DNA of 56,477 bases from Candidatus Acidiferrum sp. (lineage in GTDB: Bacteria; Acidobacteriota; Terriglobia; Acidiferrales; UBA7541), in the NCBI GenBank assembly GCA_036496065.1, contig DASXLU010000065.1, positions 1 through 56,477 of the forward strand, read 5' to 3'. The position numbers and the translations under genes were made by a program. Under the pieces are notes generated by a model that saw only the letters and a list, made by a program, of their open reading frames with translations, was not told the DNA's origin and did not search any database. Below, piece by piece: positions 28,028 through 38,221 of this stretch (its first letter is position 1; every line of letters begins with the position of its first letter).

Positions 28028-29350
28028 CTAGCCGGTACGCGCTGTGGACGTTAGCAGGGGGCAATCCTCTGCAATTCCGCGGCGCATTTCCAGGCGTTTG
28101 ATTCGTTGCCGGAATTTCTCCTGCGCGCGAGCGACACGTGTAGAGGCGTAGGGATCGCGTGAGAGTTTCTGCACGCGGGCTAATTTGGCGAGCGCGAGGT
28201 TTGCATATTCCAGCGCACGCGCAAAATCACGCTTGTGCCGCTCGTAGTGAATCGCCAGTTGCTCGCATGCGGTGACGCCGTCCTGCGGATCGCTTACCAG
28301 TTCGAGCCAGAGCGCGGCGGATTTTTCCCGGTCACCGCGCCGTCTGGCCATATATGCCAGGTCACGAGTCGCTTGAGAGCGAAATTCGGCGGGCAAGCCG
28401 GTGTCCAGCGCCTTGGCACAAGTAGAATGTGCGCGGTCGCGTTCGCCGCGGCGATGCAGGAATTTCGAAAGGCCGAACAGGTCCAGCGAGTCCATGTCTT
28501 CGAATCCGGCTTCGCGCTCATCCAACAACGTATTAATTTTTCCGTAAAGCGCCGCTAGTCCGCGCAGGTCCATCTGATTGTGTTTGACTACGCCCGCCAG
28601 CGGATCGGCGCGGCCTCCGCGCAAATAATCGAAATAAAATTGCGGGATTAAGGCGGACGAAACGTCATCACCACGATGCCAACCGAGCCTCTGCGCATCG
28701 ATGACGTGGCGTTCGAGTTCGACCAGCCGGACGGAGCCGAGGCGCAGCCTCCAAAGCGCACGCGCGGGATGCAGCAGGTCGAGGTGGGCGGCAAGTTGCG
28801 GCACTTTGATAGTACGGGTCATGGTGAAGCGATTTTCCAGCAGCGGCCAGTCAAAGGTCTTGCCATTGAAGGTGACGAGGACGGGCCGTTCCGCAAGGCG
28901 TGCGGCCAATTCATGCAGAATCGAGTGTTCCTCGGAAAAATCGCGGAGAAATAATTGCTCTATTTGCAGGCCGCCGGCTTCCCACCAGGCGAGGCCAATC
29001 AGGAATGCATAAGTGCCGGTTCCTCCGGCGAGACCAGTTGTCTCGGTGTCCAGAAAGAGCCACTTATCCGGATTGTGCAAAGCCGTGCGCGTGCGGCGGG
29101 AAAGGGATTCGTCCCGAGTTCGCGAAAGCAGTTCCAGTGCTATGGGGGAAGGATCACTGAATTCTGGAGTGGCGAACCAGTTTCGAATGGAAAGGTGTTC
29201 GCCATAATGATTCCGCGCGATGGCGGCACCAAGTAAGCGGCCCAGCGGATCTACCTCATCGGGCGCACGCAAATCGGCAGGCTTCGACGAAACGCCACGC
29301 GCAGGTTTGAGCGCCGATAATCTGGAGAATTTGTCAGCCAGTAGGCTCAT
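28028..29350 (-). CDS. mrfB: RNase H-like (DEDD) exonuclease with TPR-like C-terminus, YprB/MrfB family
   Basis: FLDTETTGL, TFNGKTFD, HLDLLH, HNQMDL; LAIHYE TPR-like region; directly downstream of the helicase. Confidence 0.88.
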   Translation of the reverse strand: MSLLADKFSRLSALKPARGVSSKPADLRAPDEVDPLGRLLGAAIARNHYGEHLSIRNWFATPEFSDPSPIALELLSRTRDESLSRRTRTALHNPDKWLFLDTETTGLAGGTGTYAFLIGLAWWEAGGLQIEQLFLRDFSEEHSILHELAARLAERPVLVTFNGKTFDWPLLENRFTMTRTIKVPQLAAHLDLLHPARALWRLRLGSVRLVELERHVIDAQRLGWHRGDDVSSALIPQFYFDYLRGGRADPLAGVVKHNQMDLRGLAALYGKINTLLDEREAGFEDMDSLDLFGLSKFLHRRGERDRAHSTCAKALDTGLPAEFRSQATRDLAYMARRRGDREKSAALWLELVSDPQDGVTACEQLAIHYERHKRDFARALEYANLALAKLARVQKLSRDPYASTRVARAQEKFRQRIKRLEMRRGIAEDCPLLTSTARTG

Positions 29351-29363
29351 CGCTCGCGTTCCA

Positions 29364-31787
29364 TCAGGCGCACAGCCGATCGAGGATTGCCAGTGCCGCC
29401 TCTTTCGCTCGAGGCGCCAAATCTCCCGCCGGACCAACGCACGACGGGCATCCTTGTTCACACGGACACGCCAGAATGAGTTCTCTGGTTTTGCGTATCA
29501 GCAATTCGTGGACCCGGAATAGCGGCTCGGAAAACCCGATGCCGCCGGGATACGCGTCGTACAAATATAAGTTGGGCTCGAAGAATTCCTTCGCCTGCGT
29601 CCCCACAACATCTTCCATTCTGACGGGCGCATACTCGTCGCCTTCCGCGCCGGGACTTGGAGGACGCTCGCCGACGGCCGTCCCCAAATCGCGTCCATCG
29701 CACATCAATAAAAGCGTGGCGACGGACTCCATGGCGTGCAGCAAGCCAAACATCCCGGATTGTCGTTCGCTGACGGAGTAGGGCAGCGATTCGATCATCT
29801 GGCGCTCCAGCGTCAACCAGTACGACGTGGTATGCATTTCGTTTTCCGGAAGCTCGAGCTTTCCCGAGCCCACGTTTTCGTTGGTGAAAAATTTGATCTT
29901 CTTGAATCCGACCACTTGCGAACGCACCAGCACGTCGCCGTGCGAACGTGTTGCGGGGATTTGCGCATTCTCGTCGCTGGATGGGGCAGTGGCGGCGACC
30001 TCGAGTACACGCACCTGTGTGTAGCGGACCGCGTCGGTGTAGTAGTCCACGTTTACTTGCTTCACGTAAGCTTTGCGTTCTTTGAAGTCCAGATGCTCCA
30101 CGTGATATTGCTGGCCGCCGTGGATGTAAATCGCTTTCTCATGCACGAAAACCAGCGCACTAGGGAAATCGATTTCGCCGATCGCGCGCGGCTCGCCGGT
30201 AATGTCGATAATTACAAAATTATCGCTGGTGACCGCGCGCAGACTGATCGTGTCCGCTGGGTAAGCTTGCTGAGTCCAGTGATAATTTTCGCCCGCCAGA
30301 TGCACATAGCCGGCGTCGGCTAGGCGAGCACAAAGGTCCCGCAAATCGACTTCGCCATATTTTTCGCCGGGACCGATCGGAAGTTCGAACGCCGCACACT
30401 TCAGATGATTGACCAGAATTTCGAGGTTGTCTGGCTGGATGAAGGCATGTTCCGGCGTGTTTCCAAAGAAATAATCGGGATGCCGCACGATGTACTGGTC
30501 GAGCGGGGCCGACGATGCGACCATCACCGCACAAGAACTTCCGCTGCGCCGTCCCGCTCGCCCGGCACGCTGCCAGGTAGCCGCAATGGTTCCCGGATAA
30601 CCCGCCATCACCACGGTATCGAGCGAACCGACGTCGATGCCGAGTTCCAGCGCAGAGGTGGACACCACACCGCGAATCCGGCCATCGCGCAAGCCGCGCT
30701 CGATTTCACGCCTTTCGTTGGGAAGATAGCCGCCGCGATAGCCGCGAATGGCCTCAGGCTTTCCGGGCAACCGCGGATTCGCCTGCTGCAAATAGGTAAG
30801 AATGATCTCCGTGTGCAGGCGTGAATTTGCGAAGACGATGGTTTGCAGATCGTGCTTCAGGAATTCCTGCGCCACTCGAGACGCTTCGTTGATGTAACTG
30901 CGGCGAATGCCCAAAGCGCGGTTGACCACCGGCGGATTGTAGAACACCAAGGTTTTCTCAGCGGCTGGAGCGCCATTTTCCGCCTGAACTTCGACGCTGT
31001 CTTCGATCAGGCGCGAGGCCAATTCTCCGGGATTGGCAATGGTTGCCGAACAGCAAATGAACTGCGGCTCGCGTCCATAAAATCTCGCAATACGGCGCAG
31101 CCTGCGCAGCACATTGCACAAATGGCTGCCAAACACGCCGCGGTACGTGTGCAGTTCGTCAATCACGATGTAGCGCAAATTTTCGAACAGGCGAGTCCAG
31201 CGCGTATGATGCGGCAGGATGCCCGTGTGCAGCATGTCTGGATTGGTGAGCGCGATGTGGCTCTTTTCACGGATTGCCTTGCGCGCGTCGCTGGGAGTGT
31301 CGCCATCATAGGTGAAAACGCCGAAGCGATTGTCCAGCCGCTGGTTCAAATCGTGCAACTCCGTGAGTTGATCTTGCGCCAGCGCTTTAGTGGGGAAGAG
31401 GTAAAGCGCGCGCGTATCGGTGTCCTTCAGAATTGCGTCGAGGACCGGCAGGTTGTAGCACAGCGTTTTGCCCGATGCGGTTGGCGTCACGATCACGACG
31501 TTCTTGCCGGCGTGTACGGCTTCGGCGGCCGCAGCCTGGTGGGTATATAACTGGCGAATTCCCTTGGCTTGATAGGCGCCACGCAGGTCTGGATGCATCC
31601 ATTCGGGGAATTCCGCCCATTGCGCAGTGCGGGCAGGGTAGTGACGGACCGCGGTTAGCATCTCACCCGAGCGGTCGCGTTCGACGAAGCCGTCGAGCAC
31701 TTGAGTGACGCGAGTGAGCGACGAGGAAGCGGCCGCGTGGTGCGGGGAAGAAGAGGTCGCGGGACGCACGGCGAGCGAGTCGGACAT
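29364..31787 (-). CDS. mrfA: DEAD/DEAH helicase with DUF1998, YprA/MrfA family
   Basis: TPTASGKT, DELH, SATIAN, LELGIDVG, QRAGRAGR; C-terminal C..YDAYPGGIG..CPCEQGCPSC. Confidence 0.93.
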   Translation of the reverse strand: MSDSLAVRPATSSSPHHAAASSSLTRVTQVLDGFVERDRSGEMLTAVRHYPARTAQWAEFPEWMHPDLRGAYQAKGIRQLYTHQAAAAEAVHAGKNVVIVTPTASGKTLCYNLPVLDAILKDTDTRALYLFPTKALAQDQLTELHDLNQRLDNRFGVFTYDGDTPSDARKAIREKSHIALTNPDMLHTGILPHHTRWTRLFENLRYIVIDELHTYRGVFGSHLCNVLRRLRRIARFYGREPQFICCSATIANPGELASRLIEDSVEVQAENGAPAAEKTLVFYNPPVVNRALGIRRSYINEASRVAQEFLKHDLQTIVFANSRLHTEIILTYLQQANPRLPGKPEAIRGYRGGYLPNERREIERGLRDGRIRGVVSTSALELGIDVGSLDTVVMAGYPGTIAATWQRAGRAGRRSGSSCAVMVASSAPLDQYIVRHPDYFFGNTPEHAFIQPDNLEILVNHLKCAAFELPIGPGEKYGEVDLRDLCARLADAGYVHLAGENYHWTQQAYPADTISLRAVTSDNFVIIDITGEPRAIGEIDFPSALVFVHEKAIYIHGGQQYHVEHLDFKERKAYVKQVNVDYYTDAVRYTQVRVLEVAATAPSSDENAQIPATRSHGDVLVRSQVVGFKKIKFFTNENVGSGKLELPENEMHTTSYWLTLERQMIESLPYSVSERQSGMFGLLHAMESVATLLLMCDGRDLGTAVGERPPSPGAEGDEYAPVRMEDVVGTQAKEFFEPNLYLYDAYPGGIGFSEPLFRVHELLIRKTRELILACPCEQGCPSCVGPAGDLAPRAKEAALAILDRLCA

Positions 31788-31805
31788 GTCAAAAAGCTCC
31801 AGTAT

Positions 31806-31821
31806 TTCGCCTTTTATTCGC
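31806..31821. promoter_or_regulatory. direct repeat TTCGC-N6-TTCGC upstream of mrfA, candidate damage-response operator
   Basis: Two TTCGC at 11-bp period, 18 bp upstream of the mrfA ATG. Confidence 0.4.
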
Positions 31822-31997
31822 TCAGGCTAACATGGAGGAAAACGCGACGCAAGAGCCATTGATGGAAATTGTCAAACTTTTTGCTGCAGTGAAGAATTCT
31901 TCTTGAGGATACCCGCGAAGCGAGCACACCACTGCGTTAGTCCTATATAATGCGCCGTCTACGATCTTGATCCTCTGAAACGGAACAAAGGTAGCCC

Positions 31998-33362
31998 ATG
32001 AAACCGTCAACGCACGCAGGTAGTCGCCATTCGTACCGTCATTTTCCACTGACAGCAGCGATTGCACTTATTGCACTTATCGGGATCCTGGTGGCATTCG
32101 CCGCCGTCAGCTTTGCGCAAACGAAGGCCCCGGCTCACGTGGTGAAAGCCATGCGTTTCGGAAAATTGTGGGACGGTCACGGCAAAGTGTGGACTGGCGC
32201 AATCGTGATCGTAGAAGACGACAAGATTCGAACAGTAACTTCGGACGCGTCGGCGATACCCGCTGGTGTCGAGGTGATTGACTTGTCGCGCTACACCGGT
32301 CTGCCGGGACTGATTGATGTCCACACGCATATGACGCAGTACACCGACGAGACTCCCGGCCAACCCATGCTTAGACAATTGACGGCGAACTCGCCTGCGG
32401 TGGAAGTGTTCCTGGCGCGCAAGGGAGCGATGCGCACGCTGGAGGCGGGCGTGACGACGGTGCGCGATCTGGGCTCGGACCAGTACATGGATATCGCCAT
32501 GCGCGATCTGATCAATCGCGGCGAAATGATTGGACCGCGCATGTTCGTGGTTGGTTGCGGTCTCATGATCACGACAGCGCCGTATAAGCCGGGATTGAAT
32601 CCTCCCGCCTGCGGAGTTGCCGATGGAGTTCCAGAAGTTCTGCGGGTGGTGCGGCAGCAGATTGCGGCTGGCGCGGACCTGATCAAAATGTTTGGATCCA
32701 CAGGCACAGACGACGACACAAGTGGATTCGAGACTTACAACTTCGAAGAAATGAAGGCGGCCGTGGACACCGCACATCAATTCGGCAAGAAAATCGCGAT
32801 TCATTCTTACGGGCCCGACGGCGCGCGCGATGCGGTGCGTGCGGGCACCGACTCGTTGGAACACGCCACGGACATGGATGACGCGACGATTCAGGAGATG
32901 GTCAAGCGCGGCACATATTACGTGCCCACCATCGATCACAATCGCTATTACATCGACAATGGCGACAAGATTGGCTACGCACCGGGATTCAAGGACCGAT
33001 CCCAGGCGTTCATTGCGCGAAATCTGGAGACGGCGCGTCGCGCATTTCACGCCGGAGTAAAAATCGCCATGGGCTCGGACGCCATTTATTCGATGTTTGG
33101 AGAAAATACCCGCGAGCTGGGATGGTTCGTGAAGGCCGGGATGACCCCGGAGCAAGCGCTACAGACCGCCACGGTAAACGCGGCTGCGCTCCTCGGCAAG
33201 GAAAAGCAGTTGGGAGCTGTTGCTGCTGGCTACTTCGCGGATTTGGTTGCGGTGGATGGCGATCCTTTGGCCGACATTAATGTGACCATCAACAATGTGA
33301 AATGGGTGATGAAGGGCGGGCAAGTGGTGGTGGATAAAACCAAGCCAACGCCGGCGCAATAA
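31998..33362 (+). CDS. secreted amidohydrolase (Xaa-Pro dipeptidase-like subgroup)
   Basis: PGLIDVHTH, GVTTVRD, IK, AIH, SLEH, MGSD, GYFADLVAVDGDPL. Confidence 0.92.
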   Translation: MKPSTHAGSRHSYRHFPLTAAIALIALIGILVAFAAVSFAQTKAPAHVVKAMRFGKLWDGHGKVWTGAIVIVEDDKIRTVTSDASAIPAGVEVIDLSRYTGLPGLIDVHTHMTQYTDETPGQPMLRQLTANSPAVEVFLARKGAMRTLEAGVTTVRDLGSDQYMDIAMRDLINRGEMIGPRMFVVGCGLMITTAPYKPGLNPPACGVADGVPEVLRVVRQQIAAGADLIKMFGSTGTDDDTSGFETYNFEEMKAAVDTAHQFGKKIAIHSYGPDGARDAVRAGTDSLEHATDMDDATIQEMVKRGTYYVPTIDHNRYYIDNGDKIGYAPGFKDRSQAFIARNLETARRAFHAGVKIAMGSDAIYSMFGENTRELGWFVKAGMTPEQALQTATVNAAALLGKEKQLGAVAAGYFADLVAVDGDPLADINVTINNVKWVMKGGQVVVDKTKPTPAQ

Positions 33363-33506
33363 TTTCTCCATTTATCTGCGCGATACGGTTTCTCACGCCA
33401 ATCGGTTCGCCGAGTTTCTCATGGCACAATTCATGTGCCTTGCTATGCTTTGCTCAAGTTGGTGACGGGGTATAATGCCCGGCGTTTGGGTATTCCCGGG
33501 AGCTTC

Positions 33507-33632
33507 ATGGTAGCGGAGCAAACAAAAAGCGGCGCGAAGTCTCTCGCGGCCAACGTCCTCACAGATGTTCACTTCTGGGTTCCCGTAGCGGTGTTGATCG
33601 GTGGACTGCTGCTGCTGCGTTTGGTGAGCTGA
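33507..33632 (+). CDS. 41-aa single-TM small protein
   Basis: GGGAG RBS, ATG 33507, VLTDVHFWVPVAVLIGGLLLL; ends 15 bp before the transporter gene. Confidence 0.6.
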   Translation: MVAEQTKSGAKSLAANVLTDVHFWVPVAVLIGGLLLLRLVS

Positions 33633-33647
33633 GTTTTCCGGAGGGAC

Positions 33648-34952
33648 ATGCGGTCCACATCACCTGACAGCGACGCTTCGCAGAGTCCCGGCATTGCCCG
33701 CGCCCGTAGCCTGCAAATTCTCGGCATACTCAGCGGTTTCACGGCGGGTGCCTGGCTTGGCGCAGCGGAAGCGCCCACCAAGTTGGTGACCATAGGAATT
33801 TCTCCCGTAGTGATTTCGCTGGTGATGGTGGTTGGCGTGTTTCTGGCACGATGGAGTTTGCCCGCACTTATTTTGGGCACTTCGTCGGTGCGCGCGGACG
33901 TCCAGCGGGCTCCACATCTGATCGTGTGGGCGGTGCTGGCGGGCTGCATGTGGGCGACAGCCAATACGCTCACGATTTTCGCGATTCGCGAAATCGGGCT
34001 AAGCATCGCTTTTCCTCTCTGGAATTCGAACAGCTTGCTGGGAATTTTCTGGGGCTTCCTTTTCTTCAACGAATTGCGGCAGGCCGGTTGGCGACGGTGG
34101 TCAGGCGTACTCGGCGGAGCCTTGGCGATGTGTATCGGCGCGGCCATTCTCGCGGCCGCGACGACTTCGCAATCCTCGAACGCGCACTCGATGAACGGAG
34201 TTTGGGCCGCATTGGGTGCCGGCGCGCTTTGGGGCACCATGTACATTCCGTATCGCAAGGCATATTTGACGGGAATGAATCCCCTGTCGTTCATCACATT
34301 TTTCACTTTCGGCGAACTTGGGATGATGGCGATTCTTGCGATCGGCTACACCGGTTTCGGGCCGCTTAGGCAACAACTCTTCAACGCGCGGGGTGTGCTT
34401 TTCTGGCTGATGCTAGGCGGCTTCATCTGGGTGATTGGCGATCTATTCCAACAATATGCTGCAAAATACATTGGCATCAGCCGCGGCATCCCGCTTTCGA
34501 ACACGAATCAATTGTGGGGACTGCTGTGGGGAATTCTGGTGTTTGGCGAATTGCAAGGAAGGGCGAACATCACGTACTGGCAGGTCATCGGCGGGTCGCT
34601 GCTGATGGCGCTGGGTGCGGGGGCGATCGCGTTGTCTTCCGCCAATCGCGACGAGCGGTCGCGGTGGAAAGAAGCCGCGCAGCGCGAGGGCGAGCGTTAC
34701 GGCGTATCGTCGGATTATGTGCAAGCGCGCATGGATGGACGCCAAGCCGCAAGCGAAGCTGCGCCACGCCGGAGCGCTTCCGACTGGATTCTTGTCGCAG
34801 GCGCCACGGCAATACTTCTGGGTTTTGCCAGCATCGCGCGAGTGCCGGAGTTTTCCTTTCACCGGGCTCCTGCATTGGCTTTGACAGCAGCGGTTTTGGT
34901 GCTGCTCGGAATTACTGGGCTGCGGTTGTGGCGAACGACGCGCTTTCAGTGA
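33648..34952 (+). CDS. GRP/DMT-family sugar transporter (GlcU/RhaT-like)
   Basis: Two internal repeats (IGLSIAFPLWNSN..WG..FNEL and IGISRGIPLSNTN..WG..FGEL), many TMs, upstream of a PfkB kinase. Confidence 0.85.
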   Translation: MRSTSPDSDASQSPGIARARSLQILGILSGFTAGAWLGAAEAPTKLVTIGISPVVISLVMVVGVFLARWSLPALILGTSSVRADVQRAPHLIVWAVLAGCMWATANTLTIFAIREIGLSIAFPLWNSNSLLGIFWGFLFFNELRQAGWRRWSGVLGGALAMCIGAAILAAATTSQSSNAHSMNGVWAALGAGALWGTMYIPYRKAYLTGMNPLSFITFFTFGELGMMAILAIGYTGFGPLRQQLFNARGVLFWLMLGGFIWVIGDLFQQYAAKYIGISRGIPLSNTNQLWGLLWGILVFGELQGRANITYWQVIGGSLLMALGAGAIALSSANRDERSRWKEAAQREGERYGVSSDYVQARMDGRQAASEAAPRRSASDWILVAGATAILLGFASIARVPEFSFHRAPALALTAAVLVLLGITGLRLWRTTRFQ

Positions 34953-35012
34953 AAAGGCGTGACGCTGAGTGAATTGCGTCAATCCCAACGCGAGCGACAC
35001 GCACTACACACG

Positions 35013-35948
35013 ATGACAAATACTCCCATGGTGGATGTGGTCGGCGTCGGGCTGAATGCTACCGACACGCTGATTCCCGTCGAACATTTTCCCGAGCGCG
35101 GCTCTAAGGTCGAAATTCATTCTGCAAACGCCATGCTGGGCGGGCAGACGGCTTCGGCGATCGTCGCATGCCAGCAATGGGGACTGCGCACACGTTACGT
35201 CGGAAAATTGGGCGACGATAGTGCGGCGGAATTGCATCGCGCCGAATTTGCGCGTTGCGGCGTCGAGACTCATCTCTTCACTGCAGCCGGTTGCAATAGT
35301 CAGCAGGCGTTCATCCTGGTGGATTCGACGGGAGAGCGCACGGTGCTTTGGAAGCGCGATAGCCGGCTCACGCTTCGGCCCGAAGAACTCGAGCGCTCGT
35401 GGATCACGCAGGCGCGGATGCTCCATGTAGATGGACACGACACGGCCGCGGCGGTGCAGGCTGCGCGCTGGGCGGGCGAGGCGCACGTTCCGGTGGTCGC
35501 GGATCTGGACGATTTGTATCCTGGCTTTGAAGAATTATTGCCGCATATCGATTTCTTGATCACCAGCAGGGACATTCCTGCTCGCCTAATCGGCGACAAC
35601 GATCTCCAGAAATCATTGCCGGAAGTGGCGCGACGCTACTCCTGCCGGCTGGCGGCCGCAACTTTGGGGCAGGATGGTGTGCTCGCCTCGGATGGTCAGC
35701 GATTCCATTATGCTCCGGCGTATCGCGTGAAGGCTGTCGATACAACGGGCGCTGGCGATACGTTTCATGCCGGATTCATCTATGGATTCCTGCGAGGCTG
35801 GCCGCTGCAGAGGCAGCTTGAATTTGCGTGTGCGGCTGCAGCGTTGAATTGCGCTGCGGTTGGTGCGCGTGGCGGAATACAGTCGGTGGAGGAGATTGAG
35901 CTGTGCATGGCAGCAACGGAGCGGTATCCGGCGGCGTTCGAGACTTGA
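35013..35948 (+). CDS. PfkB-family carbohydrate kinase
   Basis: GG..A, VGKLGDD, TLGQDG, VDTTGAGDTF; start uncertain (34959, 35013 or 35028). Confidence 0.93.
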   Translation: MTNTPMVDVVGVGLNATDTLIPVEHFPERGSKVEIHSANAMLGGQTASAIVACQQWGLRTRYVGKLGDDSAAELHRAEFARCGVETHLFTAAGCNSQQAFILVDSTGERTVLWKRDSRLTLRPEELERSWITQARMLHVDGHDTAAAVQAARWAGEAHVPVVADLDDLYPGFEELLPHIDFLITSRDIPARLIGDNDLQKSLPEVARRYSCRLAAATLGQDGVLASDGQRFHYAPAYRVKAVDTTGAGDTFHAGFIYGFLRGWPLQRQLEFACAAAALNCAAVGARGGIQSVEEIELCMAATERYPAAFET

Positions 35949-36016
35949 GTAGAGGGTGGCCGCGCGGGACGGCGCATCTGCACCAAATTGTGATGGTCTG
36001 GGTGCCGATTGCGTTG

Positions 36017-36055
36017 AGGTCCTTCGGGCGCCAACTACGCGTCCTCAGGATGACA
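36017..36055. repeat. REP-like imperfect hairpin between convergent genes
   Basis: GTCCTTCGGGCGC..GCGTCCTCAGGATGACA; single clear copy in the window. Confidence 0.35.
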
Positions 36056-36117
36056 GACTCCGGAGAGTGGCTGATTTGCTCGGGCCGTTCGTAGTGCAGC
36101 AACACCCCACTTGCCAG

Positions 36118-36939
36118 CTATTTTGCGGCGTTCGCGGCTAGCGCATCTATTACGGCGATGTTTGGCACCAAGTCGGCCGGCAGGTTGTGCCGGGTTTGCA
36201 AATACGCAGGAGCATTGTAGGAAATCCAGGTTTTCCCGGTGGTGTCTTCGGCCACTAGAATTTTCAGCGGCAGGTCGAGCGCGACGCTGGGCGCAGCCAG
36301 CATGAGCGGAGTGCCGCCTTTCGGATTGCCAAAGATCAATAGCTTGGTATCCGGCATCTTCAGTCCTGCCTTTTCGGCTTCGCCGCTGTGATCCACGATA
36401 GTGAAGACCTTCACACCTTTGTTTCGAAGAATTTCTTGCAGCTGCGCCACCGTTTCTGGAACGGAGTGGGAACTCGGCAAGCGGACGATGCCATTCTCTG
36501 GAGTTGTGGACATGCTATTCTCCTGACTTTTCGAATTGTTTGGCTGGCTGGTGGGGCGTGTGAGGACCAAATAAAGACTCATCGCCAGTCCAAGAGCGGC
36601 CAGCAAGACGGCGACCACGATGCCTAGTGTCGAAGGCTTGCTGAACGAGTCCTGTCCCTTCTTGAGCTGGCTCATGAGTCGCAGGTAACGGATCAGCGAA
36701 AAAACCGCAGCGAATACGCCGAGAAAAATTAGCGAAGTGCCGAACCAAAGCGAAAGGCCGTAGTGCGCGAGCTTCACGTCAGGCTGATTGATGTTGAATT
36801 CCTGGAGGAATAGGCCGAATCGCGCCAACACAAATCCCAGCCCCATCAGCGCCACACCAGTGCGAATCCACGCCAGGAAGGTGCGCTCGACCGCCAGATA
36901 ATCGGTGGCTTTCGCTTGCGATTGTGACGCGTCTGTCAT
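36118..36939 (-). CDS. DUF202 (YidH)-DUF302 fusion protein
   Basis: LAVERTFLAWIRTG (YidH) in frame with VDHSGEA..LLIFGNPKGGTPLM..ALDLPLKILV (DUF302); internal RBS and ATG at 36513. Confidence 0.88.
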   Translation of the reverse strand: MTDASQSQAKATDYLAVERTFLAWIRTGVALMGLGFVLARFGLFLQEFNINQPDVKLAHYGLSLWFGTSLIFLGVFAAVFSLIRYLRLMSQLKKGQDSFSKPSTLGIVVAVLLAALGLAMSLYLVLTRPTSQPNNSKSQENSMSTTPENGIVRLPSSHSVPETVAQLQEILRNKGVKVFTIVDHSGEAEKAGLKMPDTKLLIFGNPKGGTPLMLAAPSVALDLPLKILVAEDTTGKTWISYNAPAYLQTRHNLPADLVPNIAVIDALAANAAK

Positions 36940-37006
36940 CTCGAGTTGCACTTGGGCCGAGCGAACAGTTCTGAGTCATGCATTGGTTCGGCCTGCCCCG
37001 GACACA

Positions 37007-38221
37007 TCAGGGTTGAATCTTCACCATCACAACGCTGTGCGAATCGACCTTGGCCGAGAAGTTACCCGAAGATTTACCCAGGTCCTTGTGCAGCCAGAGG
37101 TCTCTCACGTTGGCCGTTAGATGCTCGGGGTAGCCGATATCGACCCAGGAAAATTGAATGTCGGCCAGAGCGGCGCTGCGATTCAGCAGGATAACCGCGC
37201 GACTGCCGTCGCTGAGCGTCTTCGACCACACTTCCAGATCGCCCTGTTTGCGCACGCGCCGGCCTTGTTGTCCCAGTGCGTCCTGATTGACCGCAATCAC
37301 TTCTTTATTGGTGAGAATGTCGTGAATTTGCGGATCCATCGAGCGCACGTCGTTGCCCGCAATTAACGGAGCGGCAAGCAGCGCCCAGAGGCTGAAGTGT
37401 GCGCGCGATTCGGGAATGGTCATGCCGCCATTGCCAACTTCCAGCATGTCGGGATCATTCCAGTGGCCCGGCCCGGCATAAGAATACAGGTCGGCTTCCT
37501 GGTCCACGATGTCGACCACGCCATTATTGCAGCAACTTCCGTCCGGCCACTTTTGTTTTCCGCCGCCCCACCGATCTTGGATATCGCCTGTGGTGCGCCA
37601 TAGGTTGCCGCCGACCTCTTTGCCCCAAAGCCAGGGCTTCGCGGTGCCCCATTCGCAGATGCTAAGCACGATAGGTCGCCCCGTAGCATCGAGCGCTTTC
37701 CGAATCGTCGAATATGCTTCTTCGGCATTGCGCGAGCCGGTGTTGCACCAGTCGTACTTAAGATAATCCGCGCCCCAGCGTGCATATTGCAGCGCGTCCT
37801 GAAATTCATGACCCTGGCTGGCAGGCCGGCCGCCACACGTTTTTTCTCCCGCGTCGGAATACAGCCCGAACTTCAAGCCTTTCGAATGAACATAATCCGC
37901 GAGCGCTTTGATTCCGGAAGGGAAGCGTTCCGGGTCGGCGACAATATTTCCGTTTTCGTCGCGCTTCACCTGCCAGCAATCGTCAATCACCACGTATTGG
38001 TAGCCGGCTTCTTTCATGCCGTTGGTGGCGATGGCGTCGGCTACAGACTTGATCAGGTCTTCACTCACCTGGCAGGCGAATTTATTCCAGCTATTCCAGC
38101 CCATAGGAGGAGTGGGTGCCAGCAAGCCCGCAGAAACCTGTGCATTTGAAATAGCCGGTAATGCCAATCCCATCAAAAGAGCAATTAACAGCACGCCTGC
38201 ACAACGGGTGCACGCTTTCAT
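37007..38221 (-). CDS. GH27 alpha-galactosidase
   Basis: TPPMGWNSWN, IDDCW, LKYDWC, WRTTGDI, WNDPDMLEVG; GGAGG RBS before ATG 38221; signal peptide. Confidence 0.96.
   Translation of the reverse strand: MKACTRCAGVLLIALLMGLALPAISNAQVSAGLLAPTPPMGWNSWNKFACQVSEDLIKSVADAIATNGMKEAGYQYVVIDDCWQVKRDENGNIVADPERFPSGIKALADYVHSKGLKFGLYSDAGEKTCGGRPASQGHEFQDALQYARWGADYLKYDWCNTGSRNAEEAYSTIRKALDATGRPIVLSICEWGTAKPWLWGKEVGGNLWRTTGDIQDRWGGGKQKWPDGSCCNNGVVDIVDQEADLYSYAGPGHWNDPDMLEVGNGGMTIPESRAHFSLWALLAAPLIAGNDVRSMDPQIHDILTNKEVIAVNQDALGQQGRRVRKQGDLEVWSKTLSDGSRAVILLNRSAALADIQFSWVDIGYPEHLTANVRDLWLHKDLGKSSGNFSAKVDSHSVVMVKIQP

Noticed and set aside
28028-31787. DUF1998 helicase plus nuclease as an anti-phage system (DISARM or Druantia)
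   Set aside because: The pair matches the MrfA/MrfB repair arrangement; no methylase, DrmA or PLD partners are present
31998-33362. Amidohydrolase as the enzyme degrading the Pro-rich peptide
   Set aside because: Separated from the cassette by mrfAB, and substrate cannot be inferred from motifs
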